This document shows, one piece after another, positions 1 to 8,502 of a stretch of 28,104 bases of DNA (its first letter is position 1; each line of letters begins with the position of its first letter). The position numbers and the translations under genes were made by a program. This stretch comes from an uncultured archaeon (GTDB taxonomy: Archaea > Asgardarchaeota > Thorarchaeia > Thorarchaeales > Thorarchaeaceae): NCBI GenBank assembly GCA_964631415.1, contig CAZVZC010000029.1:1-28104 (forward strand), given 5' to 3'. A model generated the notes under the pieces. It was not told the origin of the DNA. It saw nothing but the letters and a program-made list of their open reading frames with translations, and searched no databases.

Positions 1-133
1 GGCCCAGAGTGGACTTGATAGCATCAGAGATGACGATACCTGCCATGATGTTGTTAGCCTGCGCAGACTTTCCACGGTTCCTTGATGTGCCTTCCTTTAG
101 TATCAAAACCGGTGTTCCACTTAGCTGTGCCAT
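1..133 (-). CDS. ths: Thermosome (group II chaperonin) subunit, 5' end only
   Basis: Manual minus-strand translation from ATG at 133: MAQLSGTPVLILKEGTSRNRGKSAQANNIMAGIVISDAIKSTLG(P). The PVLILKEG and STLGP motifs are typical of the family. An AGGGGA SD-like sequence lies upstream. The gene runs off the window. Confidence 0.96.
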   Translation of the reverse strand, partial: MAQLSGTPVLILKEGTSRNRGKSAQANNIMAGIVISDAIKSTLG

Positions 134-231
134 ATCGAATTCCCCTTTGGGGTTCCACGGCCAAGCTGTTATCTCATGTCAACTTGCACCGTTGAACTCT
201 GTCAAAACTGTGCATGGACTTCGGTGTTTCG

Positions 232-239
232 TATAAAAA
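232..239 (-). promoter_or_regulatory. Putative TATA box of the thermosome gene
   Basis: Minus-strand TTTTTATA about 100 nt upstream of the ATG, preceded by an A-rich BRE-like stretch. Confidence 0.55.
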
Positions 240-309
240 GATTGTCTTTGGGCGGCGCTACGGCCTCAGCCCCTTGCACTCACAATCATACCGAGCGGCC
301 AGACCTTTA

Positions 310-624
310 TCAATACCTGATAATCCCACACTTCCTGCATCTGAGAGCTCTCACATTGGGACACGTCCAGTTCAAGACGGATGAATTGTCGCCCAGCGGC
401 TCGCCAAGACCCCCGAATCTTGGAACATGGTCGTTCCAGTAGACTCCGTGTGCTTCCACAATGTAGCCTCTCTCCATAGGGTTACCACATGCTGGACACG
501 AGTCATCATCAAGAATCCCTTTCAGTGGTCTGTTAGCAAGCTGCCAACACTTTGGGCACCTGAGAGTGCCGTCCGGAGAGATCTGGGGTCGCTCAGTACT
601 CCCATAGTACGGACACGAGGTCAT
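310..624 (-). CDS. Small zinc-ribbon protein (DUF6487-like C-terminal part)
   Basis: 104 aa with CPYY, CPKC, CPACGNPMERGYI and CRKC knuckles. Confidence 0.7.
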   Translation of the reverse strand: MTSCPYYGSTERPQISPDGTLRCPKCWQLANRPLKGILDDDSCPACGNPMERGYIVEAHGVYWNDHVPRFGGLGEPLGDNSSVLNWTCPNVRALRCRKCGIIRY

Positions 625-718
625 CTCATCCCTTCCTCACAGACCTCATTGCGTTCAAGTCTTATGTGCGTAGCTATTCCTTCTGTCACTGTATCAGGAT
701 TGGAGCTGGTTCTTCTGG

Positions 719-1774
719 TCAGACTCTGACAATCGTGAAGGCGCCTTCTGCCTTGCCCGTTTCAAAGGCCGTCAGCCTGGACAACCTATTCTCCATGACT
801 TGGACTGCGACTTCAGATGAGTCACACGCTATCCAACGGCGTTTCGTCTTTTCGGCCGCGACTGCTGTTGTTCCTGCCCCAGCAAAGAAGTCTGCAACGA
901 TATCGCCTGGATCGCTTGCACATTCGATGATTCTAGATAAGAGGGCCTCAGGTTTCTGCGTGAGAAAGCCAGTGTATTCCTCGGACGCACCTTGCACTGG
1001 GGGAATGTCCAACCACAGATCGGACACGGGGACCCCTGGTACATCATCCAAGTACTGTTTCTTCGAGTACCGACCATTCTTGCTTCTGTATATGATGCCC
1101 TGATCCCACCATTCGTCCAAAGTTTCCTGCTTGTAGAGATAGGGTGCAGTCCTCCCGTGCCATTCAAATTGCTTTCTGTGTTGCGATCGCTGTATGCCCT
1201 GTGCCTCTATCTCAATCAATCTAAACCGTCCCTTCTCATCAGCATACATGTAGGGCCGCAGAGACTTCTCATCATGCCTCATATAGACTGGTTTCACTTT
1301 GAACTTGCTCTGGTTTCTAGCGTACACAAGAATGGTGTCATGTTGGCTTCCAAATCCCTTGCTCTGAGCTTTGGGACTGTTCGTACGCTTCCATACTATT
1401 TCGTTGACGAAGTTGGCATGACCGAAGATCTCATCCATGAGGACTCTTGCATAGTGCGAGACGTGCCAGTCTAAGTGCAACCAGATGCTGCCATCATCCT
1501 TGAGCAAGGGCTTCATTGCAGCAAGACGTTCTCTGAGAAAGACCAGATACTGCTCAAGTCCCCCTTCCCACTTGTCTGTGAATGTGCTTCTTTCGGAAAG
1601 CACGGGCGCTCTTTTCTCAGAATTGCCAGTCTTGAGCTTAAGACTATAGTCTGTGTCGGTGAAGAAAGGAGGGTCTAGGTAGATGAGCTTGATACCTTTG
1701 TCGTGATTCTTAGCCAGTGCCGTGGCCACATGCAAGCAGTCTCCCACGAAGATCGCGTTCCGCCAAGACTCCAT
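719..1774 (-). CDS. Site-specific DNA methyltransferase, N6-A/N4-C, beta class (Mod-like)
   Basis: Motif IV IYLDPPF is N-terminal. GSIWLHLDW, NEIVW, TQKPEALL and motif I DFFAGAGTT follow, with motif I C-terminal. Confidence 0.93.
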   Translation of the reverse strand: MESWRNAIFVGDCLHVATALAKNHDKGIKLIYLDPPFFTDTDYSLKLKTGNSEKRAPVLSERSTFTDKWEGGLEQYLVFLRERLAAMKPLLKDDGSIWLHLDWHVSHYARVLMDEIFGHANFVNEIVWKRTNSPKAQSKGFGSQHDTILVYARNQSKFKVKPVYMRHDEKSLRPYMYADEKGRFRLIEIEAQGIQRSQHRKQFEWHGRTAPYLYKQETLDEWWDQGIIYRSKNGRYSKKQYLDDVPGVPVSDLWLDIPPVQGASEEYTGFLTQKPEALLSRIIECASDPGDIVADFFAGAGTTAVAAEKTKRRWIACDSSEVAVQVMENRLSRLTAFETGKAEGAFTIVRV

Positions 1775-1902
1775 GGCTCAAGTGAGACAAGATGCCGCCT
1801 TTAAGAGCTGTCCCAAAGCCGGCAGGATCAGAAACACGAATCCGACATCAATATTAGAGCGTCTGTTCTCAGCAGATTGCGTTTTGGAGGTAGTATCGGC
1901 AA

Positions 1903-4626
1903 TTGTCAAGGTCCGGACTTCCAATGATGCTCATGTTGGTGCCTCTTCTCCTATTTCCAGTTGCGGTATGCGGGCTGGTCGTTGCTGGACCCATCTTACC
2001 GTCGCAAGCCCAGGCTTCTACGAACGTTGCCTTGGTTGGCGCCAGTAACGAACCGTCGGTGGCGACGTCATTACAACTGGATTCGCAATCGATTCACCTG
2101 ACCTTGTTCTCTTCGATTGCAGCAGCAGTCGCCGACCCGACAACTAAAGCACTAATAATTGCTGATGTTCCCATGGGTCCATCCGATGTCGGGGTGCTCA
2201 CAGCCTTCCTTACAGATGGTGGTGGCATCCTTGTTCTGGTTGGTCCTTCTGTTACTACTAATGGGACTGGGTTCCAGGAGCTCGGAATCACACAGAACAA
2301 CAATCTCGTTGCGAGCAGCGATCGAGCAGGGGTAGTCACGAGGATGATGACAACGGCCCATCCTGTGATGAACTTCGACTGGGCTTCTGCTCCGCCCACT
2401 GAGAAAATGACGATTCTTCCAGCACTCAATCCCTTGACTGTGAAGCTTCTCGCGAACGACACTGGCTTCGGGACTGGCGGTGCTCCACTGCTCGTCTACA
2501 CTACCTTGGGCTCGGGTAACATACTGGTTTACACACCTTGGCTCACCATCAACAGCACTGCAGAGGAGCATCAGGTGAATTATGAAACTGTTCTCTGGCC
2601 CTACTTCAATTACTTCCTGTACTTGACAAGTATGTACCTAGGCGGCGAAAGCCCATACACATATGCAGAGTGGGCGTACTCACCCGTTCCTCATTTTGAG
2701 CAGCAAATGATTATCATGGTGATAGTCGCTGTGGTTGGAGTTTCCACTGTCTATTCGTTCCGAAGGATGAGGCGGAAGTCGACCGAGCACCCTGAGGTGC
2801 TCACCGAAATGGAAAGGGCTGAGCTGCTTGTCAAGACGGGCGAAAAGATCAGTGACTGGGAAGAGATAGGAATGCACAGGCAGATAGGTGGATTCCTAAT
2901 ACAGCTCTTTGTCACTCTTCTCCTTGTGATCCCGCGAACTATCCTGGCTGTCATGATCTACCCTCGGTACATAATGCCGTTTCCGCAAGCAGCTGGGTGG
3001 TTCTCCTTCAGTGTGAACCTCTTCCTAGGTCTGTGGACACTGTTTGACCTCAGTACAGCCGTGGCTCTGGCAAGATACTTCGCTGAATACCGTGTGTCTC
3101 AGCCTGAAGAGGCCGTGAAGTATGCGCAGATCTTCGTATGGTGGCAGTGTCTGAGTGGCGTCGTCCAGATCACGTTTATTGCGTTCGTCGGTTCGATTGT
3201 ATTCCCTCACACCTATCTGGCTCACCTTACATACGTGTTTATCGCGCACTCTCTGTTTCAGTTCCCGGGTTTCACTCTGCTCTTTGTCTACGTCTTTCAG
3301 GGAATGAACAGAATCGACTATCATCAGATCTCAACTATCCTGAAGTACGTAGTCTTCGATATTGCAGGCCCTTACACTATCATACTGGTGTTCAGATGGT
3401 GGGGATCTCAGAATCCGATATTCGGCGAAGCACTTGCTGGCGCAATTGGGCAGGCAATCGGGTCGTACCTTTCGGAATACCTAACACTTATCGTTTCTAT
3501 GTATATGTTCAAGAGTCTTGGTTTCAAGGCCAGCACTCTGTTCAGGGTGGACTTCAAGTCTGAGCACATTAAGAGGGCTTTGAAGTTTGGTGCCAAGTGG
3601 ACTGTCGGTGCAGCAACGGTCCCGATTGTCTGGTTCTATCAAATGCTTCTAGTGAGCACCAATCTGCTGAACTGGTCTGCCCTGCAAGGTCAGTATCAAC
3701 TAGCATGGGACCTAGCAATAATGGTTAGCATAGTGGGTCTCTTCATGGAGAGCATGCTTGGAGGAATGTCAGAATCCTACTCCCATGGAAAGAAGAAGTT
3801 GACAGAGCTCTATGTCGCTCAAGGCCTCAAGTACGGTGCCTTCTTCGTGTTTTGGCTAGTATCATCACTGGCAGCTGTTGGTGGTAGGGCAATCTTGGGG
3901 GCCGCTGGACAGGAATGGGCTTATGCGGCTGTCCTGCTTCAGTTCTTCTTGATATTTCAGGTGCTGGGATTCTGGAGTTGGCTTGGCGATTGGGTCTATG
4001 CAGCAGCGGAGAGAACCGGACTTGCAGCTGGTGTCTGGATCCTTGAGCAGGCAATTAGAGCGGTGGCAATGACTTACTTTGTGGTTGTGCAACCAACTCT
4101 GACAATCACCTGGCCCGTACACTTCTCAGTCTATCTTGGCGGAATGCCGGGGATAATCGTCGGCTATTGCATCGGCCTCTTCTGCAAGGATCTGGTTGCA
4201 TGGATAGTTATTCGCAGGGTGATAACCAAACCAAAGCTCTACGTCTGGCAAAGCTATGTGGGCCCTGCTTTGGCTGCGGTTGTGAACTACATCGCGCTTG
4301 AGATGCTCGCCCAATACATATGGGACGGTGACATAATCACTTCTGCCCTGCTCTTCTTTGTCGGCACAATCCCGTCACTCTACCTGTTCGCATTTGTGAG
4401 CGGCCTCACCGGAACTTGGGACGCACATACGCTTGCTGAATTCAAGAGGGCATCCCAAATGGTTCATATTCGAGGACTAGGCTGGTTGGCTAGAAGATTC
4501 TACGGCTCCATAGCTCTTGGTGCACATGTTTCGCCATTGCACAACAGGTTCCCGATAGACATCTACGATGAAGCGATGGTCGAGGCTGAGGAGCTTACAA
4601 GAGAGAAGAAGAAGCTCGTGATCTAG
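1903..4626 (+). CDS. Large membrane protein: signal peptide, extracellular GATase/ThuA-like domain and MOP-superfamily (flippase-like) multi-TM domain
   Basis: 907 aa with a hydrophobic N-terminus, LTAFLTDGGGILVLVG, then more than 12 hydrophobic segments including FDLSTAVALARYFAEY. GGAGG lies upstream of the TTG; the exact start is uncertain. Confidence 0.72.
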   Translation: MSRSGLPMMLMLVPLLLFPVAVCGLVVAGPILPSQAQASTNVALVGASNEPSVATSLQLDSQSIHLTLFSSIAAAVADPTTKALIIADVPMGPSDVGVLTAFLTDGGGILVLVGPSVTTNGTGFQELGITQNNNLVASSDRAGVVTRMMTTAHPVMNFDWASAPPTEKMTILPALNPLTVKLLANDTGFGTGGAPLLVYTTLGSGNILVYTPWLTINSTAEEHQVNYETVLWPYFNYFLYLTSMYLGGESPYTYAEWAYSPVPHFEQQMIIMVIVAVVGVSTVYSFRRMRRKSTEHPEVLTEMERAELLVKTGEKISDWEEIGMHRQIGGFLIQLFVTLLLVIPRTILAVMIYPRYIMPFPQAAGWFSFSVNLFLGLWTLFDLSTAVALARYFAEYRVSQPEEAVKYAQIFVWWQCLSGVVQITFIAFVGSIVFPHTYLAHLTYVFIAHSLFQFPGFTLLFVYVFQGMNRIDYHQISTILKYVVFDIAGPYTIILVFRWWGSQNPIFGEALAGAIGQAIGSYLSEYLTLIVSMYMFKSLGFKASTLFRVDFKSEHIKRALKFGAKWTVGAATVPIVWFYQMLLVSTNLLNWSALQGQYQLAWDLAIMVSIVGLFMESMLGGMSESYSHGKKKLTELYVAQGLKYGAFFVFWLVSSLAAVGGRAILGAAGQEWAYAAVLLQFFLIFQVLGFWSWLGDWVYAAAERTGLAAGVWILEQAIRAVAMTYFVVVQPTLTITWPVHFSVYLGGMPGIIVGYCIGLFCKDLVAWIVIRRVITKPKLYVWQSYVGPALAAVVNYIALEMLAQYIWDGDIITSALLFFVGTIPSLYLFAFVSGLTGTWDAHTLAEFKRASQMVHIRGLGWLARRFYGSIALGAHVSPLHNRFPIDIYDEAMVEAEELTREKKKLVI

Positions 4627-4638
4627 TCCAGCAAAGAT

Positions 4639-4694
4639 GGAGCTCACGTTTTCAAGTGAGCTCCTCCACGGGCTGTCATACTGGTTCAGCCTGT
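4639..4694. terminator. Two tandem hairpins between convergent genes
   Basis: GGAGCTCAC(4639-4647)/GTGAGCTCC(4656-4664) is a perfect 9-bp stem. ACGGGCTG(4668-4675)/CAGCCTGT(4687-4694) is an 8-bp stem with one G-U. Confidence 0.4.
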
Positions 4695-4768
4695 CCTCTA
4701 AACAGATGGAGAGCTAGTTTCCCATTACCCAAGGAAGACGACGATTGTCAAGAGGAATGAGGAACCGG

Positions 4769-5011
4769 TCACATATCCATGTCGACTGATTCATCGGGCG
4801 CCTCTGCAGCTGCTACCTCACGCGCAGCCTTGGTCCTTACGAGCCTGACCATATAACCAGCAACGCGGTTTCTGACCTTGTTTGTGCTAGCATCCGTGTA
4901 CTGCTCGACAAGGCGCTTGTTTGTTTCGAAATCAGCAGTGAACTCGTCTGGAAAGTTCTGTAAGAGGGTTCGTGCCGCAATCTTGATGTAACCTGGTCGT
5001 ATGCTGCCCAA
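4769..5011 (-). CDS. rps17e: 30S ribosomal protein S17e (eS17)
   Basis: MGSIRPGYIK...FTADFETNK...KVRNRVAGY signature. TTG start with GGTGAG SD. Confidence 0.97.
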   Translation of the reverse strand: MGSIRPGYIKIAARTLLQNFPDEFTADFETNKRLVEQYTDASTNKVRNRVAGYMVRLVRTKAAREVAAAEAPDESVDMDM

Positions 5012-5062
5012 TCTGCACTCACCGTTTAATGTGTGTCAAGTCAAGGGCTCGTTCAGACTGTG

Positions 5063-5070
5063 TTTATAAA
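5063..5070. promoter_or_regulatory. Palindromic TATA box TTTATAAA between rps17e and lig
   Basis: Self-complementary 8-mer about 50 nt from each of the two divergent start codons. Confidence 0.6.
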
Positions 5071-5120
5071 GAATGTGTTCCTGACTGCGCTCACCGCGTG
5101 TCTAGTGAGGCAGCCGAGTC

Positions 5121-6869
5121 ATGCAGTATGGACGATTGGCCGAGGCGTATACTCGCATAGAGTCCACTTCCGGTCTCCTTGAGAAAACGGAGGTCTTCTC
5201 ATTGTTGCTCAAGGAAGCAGAGCCTGCAGAAGTGAGTCTAGTAGTCGCATTGACAATGGGCAAATTGCATCCTGATTGGTTGGGCGCACCAGAGATCGGT
5301 GTCGCTGAAAAGATGGCCATTCAGGTTGTTGCTATTGCTGCCTCTGTTGCAGAAACCGCCGTCAGAGAGAAGCTCCGTCGGACGGGTGACATCGGAGCCG
5401 CTGCAGAGAGTCTGTTGTCACAGGGATCTCAAGGGACGCTCTTCGGAGAGGAGCCGACAGTCAAGTTCGTCTACGACACTCTTGACGCCGTGTCAAAGGC
5501 TTCTGGCCAAGGAAGCAGTAGAGAGAAGATTGCGAAGCTCGTGGGTCTTGTCAGCAACGCAACGCCTCTTGAAGCCAAGTACATTCTGCGTACTGTAACG
5601 GGTGACCTCAGGCTCGGGATGGGTGATATGATCATAGTCGACTCACTGGCCGCGGCCTATGTTGGCGAGAAAGGCGCCAGCGAAGAGATTGAACGGGCGT
5701 TTAACGTGTGTAGCGACCTCGCACATGTTGCAGACCTTCTTGCTCAGCGCGGCATGGGATCTATCAGGTCGGTCAAGGTAGAGGTTGGGACTCCCATTCG
5801 CATGATGGCTGCAAAGAAGCTCTCCAGTTCGTCAGAGATTCTGGAGAGGTTGAACCACAAGGCGCTGGTCGAGTTCAAGTACGATGGAGAGAGGGTCCAA
5901 GTCCATAAGAACGGAGATCAGATTGTCCTCTTCTCGCGCCGCCAGGAACGAATAACTGACCAGTACCCGGACGTTGTTGAGCTTGTGCGCAAATCTGTCC
6001 GCGCCAGCAGGTGTGTGATTGAAGGTGAGTGTGTCGCGATAGACTTGGCGACAGGGAAGATGCGGCCCTTTCAGGAGCTGATGCGTCGCCGCAGGAAGAC
6101 GGACATAGACATGATGAAGGACTCTGTGCCTGTAGCTCTCTTCTTTTTCGACATCCTCTATCTCGAAAACAAGGATGTTACAGACCTGCCCATGCTCGAG
6201 CGCAGAAGCCTGCTAGAGAAGGTGGTGAAGAAGAGCGATAGGGTTTCGCTGACCAACGGGGAGCTGATAGACGACCCGGAGCGACTCGACGAATTCTTCA
6301 AGGGCGCACTTGACCGAGGTGTAGAGGGTATCATCGCCAAGGCGATTCACAAGGAGTCGAGCTATCAGGCGGGGTCCCGAAGCTGGCTCTGGGTGAAGAT
6401 GAAACCGTCGTACCAAGGCCTGTCAGATGCGCTGGACTTGGTCGTGGTCGGCGCTATCTATGGTAGGGGGAAAAGGACTGGCGTCTACGGCGCAATCTTG
6501 GCCTCTGTCTACGACCCTGACTCCGACACCTATCCTACGGCCTGCAAGATAGGCACAGGATTCACTGAGGAGATGCTGACCGAGTTCAAGCAGAAACTTG
6601 AGAAGTATGTCATCGAGCAGAAGCATCCAAAGGTTGTTGCCGACATCAAAGCTGACGTCTGGTTCGACCCACAGGTTGTGATAGAAGTGATCGGTGACTC
6701 GATTACTGGGAGTCCCACCCATCCGGCTGGCAGGGGGCGGATTCGCGGCAGCGGGCTTGCAGTACGGTTCCCACGCTTCACGGGTAGGTGGCGGGATGAC
6801 AAGGCGCCGACGCAGGCTACGACGGTAGACGATCTCGTTGACACGTTCGAAAGCCAGCGAGGTCGTTGA
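5121..6869 (+). CDS. lig: ATP-dependent DNA ligase, archaeal type
   Basis: EFKYDGER (adenylated Lys), EGIIAK, WVKMK, DLVVVGA and VRFPRF motifs, plus an N-terminal DNA-binding domain. Confidence 0.98.
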   Translation: MQYGRLAEAYTRIESTSGLLEKTEVFSLLLKEAEPAEVSLVVALTMGKLHPDWLGAPEIGVAEKMAIQVVAIAASVAETAVREKLRRTGDIGAAAESLLSQGSQGTLFGEEPTVKFVYDTLDAVSKASGQGSSREKIAKLVGLVSNATPLEAKYILRTVTGDLRLGMGDMIIVDSLAAAYVGEKGASEEIERAFNVCSDLAHVADLLAQRGMGSIRSVKVEVGTPIRMMAAKKLSSSSEILERLNHKALVEFKYDGERVQVHKNGDQIVLFSRRQERITDQYPDVVELVRKSVRASRCVIEGECVAIDLATGKMRPFQELMRRRRKTDIDMMKDSVPVALFFFDILYLENKDVTDLPMLERRSLLEKVVKKSDRVSLTNGELIDDPERLDEFFKGALDRGVEGIIAKAIHKESSYQAGSRSWLWVKMKPSYQGLSDALDLVVVGAIYGRGKRTGVYGAILASVYDPDSDTYPTACKIGTGFTEEMLTEFKQKLEKYVIEQKHPKVVADIKADVWFDPQVVIEVIGDSITGSPTHPAGRGRIRGSGLAVRFPRFTGRWRDDKAPTQATTVDDLVDTFESQRGR

Positions 6870-6957
6870 GTTTGTGAGTCATTATGTCTGACCTGACCCA
6901 TTCCGACACTTTTAGAAGGGCTTGTTAGCGTAGGTCGGCCAACCCGGAGGCTTCCTC

Positions 6958-7410
6958 GTGCACAGTGTGAGAGTGAGCAGCGAGAGAATGAGGTTCAGTG
7001 CGGCTCACTTCGTAGTGGATGCTAGTGCGTGTGAACACCTCCACGGACACAACTACGAGGTCGAACTGGACATCAGTGGGCCTGTAAACGAACATGGCAT
7101 GATCCTCGATTTCAGAGAGCTGAAGAAGAGAGCGGCCGAAGTGTGCGAGAAGCTCGATCATAGGGTGCTACTGCCAGGCCAATCCGGGGCAATCAGGATC
7201 CGTGAAATCGCTGGTTCAGTCGAAGTGAAGGTGGCAGGCAAGCGATATGTCTTTCCAACGGAAGACTGCCTCATCCTACCTGTTGCGGCAACGACTGCAG
7301 AACTCCTTGCAGAGCACATAGCCGCCGGGCTCGGCTTGCCGAAGTCCTACGATGTTCATGTCTGCGTTAGTGAGAATGTGGGCAGCACCGGATGCTATCA
7401 CTCCAAATAG
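6958..7410 (+). CDS. queD: 6-carboxytetrahydropterin / 6-pyruvoyl-tetrahydropterin synthase family protein
   Basis: FSAAH, CEHLHGHNY, DFRELK, LDH and TTAE motifs. GTG start with GGAGG SD. Confidence 0.9.
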   Translation: MHSVRVSSERMRFSAAHFVVDASACEHLHGHNYEVELDISGPVNEHGMILDFRELKKRAAEVCEKLDHRVLLPGQSGAIRIREIAGSVEVKVAGKRYVFPTEDCLILPVAATTAELLAEHIAAGLGLPKSYDVHVCVSENVGSTGCYHSK

Positions 7411-7440
7411 ACATTGGTAATCACGCGAGCGTGAAGTGCA

Positions 7441-8253
7441 ATGGTGATTGACACACAGAATGAGGAGCCCCGACACAGAATACATCTGAGTAGAGTTGGG
7501 GTCAAGAACCTGAAGACCTTTGTCATCACAGAGCGGGGCGGTCTCAGATACCATCTGGTTCCGAAGGTACAGATCACAATTGACCTTCCCGCAGAGATCA
7601 AGGGAATCCACATGTCCCGACTCGTCGAATCCATGACTGAATCGATCTCCGACGAGTTCAGCGTACACAGTTCTGTCGAGGAGCTTCAGATGCATATACT
7701 CGAGGCTCTTGCACGCAAACATCGATTCAAGCATGGTGAAGTCAAGTTCGATTTCGAGTTCGGGTACGAGAGCAAGACACCTGTGTCCAAGAAGAGGACC
7801 TGGGAAGTGTGCGACATAACGGCTATCACCGTGAAAGAGGATCTGAAACCATTCTCGCACAGTGTTGAGGTGCGTGTCATTGGCAACACAGTCTGCCCTC
7901 ATTGCATGGCAAACAACGATGGCATGACGCACATGCAAAGAGCTTTGGGTGTTTTGCGCGTGGTTGGGGCAACCAGCGACATTCCAAACTATGGTGATAT
8001 GATCGACGTCATCGAGAAGTCGTTCTCAAGCAAGACGTACTCACTGCTCAAGATCGAGGACGAGGTCTACGTGACGAAGCAGATGCATGAGAACCCCCAG
8101 TTCGTGGAAGACGTGTGCAGGAACATACTGCAGAATGCGAAGGAGTCTTTCAAGGACAGGAATCTCGAGATGTATGCAGAGGCAACGTCCATGGAGAGCA
8201 TTCACAAGCATGATGTTGTTGCCGAGGGTCGAATAGTCACCAATGGAGGCTAG
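7441..8253 (+). CDS. mptA: GTP cyclohydrolase, FolE2/MptA family
   Basis: KGIHMSR, TVCPHC, HMQR, NPQFVED and ESIHKHD motifs. Product specificity (IB versus IV) cannot be resolved by eye. Confidence 0.88.
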   Translation: MVIDTQNEEPRHRIHLSRVGVKNLKTFVITERGGLRYHLVPKVQITIDLPAEIKGIHMSRLVESMTESISDEFSVHSSVEELQMHILEALARKHRFKHGEVKFDFEFGYESKTPVSKKRTWEVCDITAITVKEDLKPFSHSVEVRVIGNTVCPHCMANNDGMTHMQRALGVLRVVGATSDIPNYGDMIDVIEKSFSSKTYSLLKIEDEVYVTKQMHENPQFVEDVCRNILQNAKESFKDRNLEMYAEATSMESIHKHDVVAEGRIVTNGG

Positions 8254-8502
8254 ATCTTTTCTCAGGTTGGCTGGTAGACTGGCTGAAACGGCAAGATGGC
8301 ATCAGTGATTATAGCCTTAGACGCCTGATTGGGAGGTCAAACCAAGACCTTGATGATGAGCTAACAAGTGTATGGGCCTGATTCGAGCCCATAGTGGTTG
8401 TCATAGAAACGCTCTTTATTGTTGACGCACGTCTGTCGAAGCATACATGGGCACGACTTGCGTGGTTGCAGTCATGCCCGATTCCGCGGAGACTCAAGTA
8501 GG

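Noticed and set aside
6958-8253. dpd-type 7-deazaguanine DNA modification system
   Set aside because: No dpdA/tgt-like, queC or queE gene is in the window.
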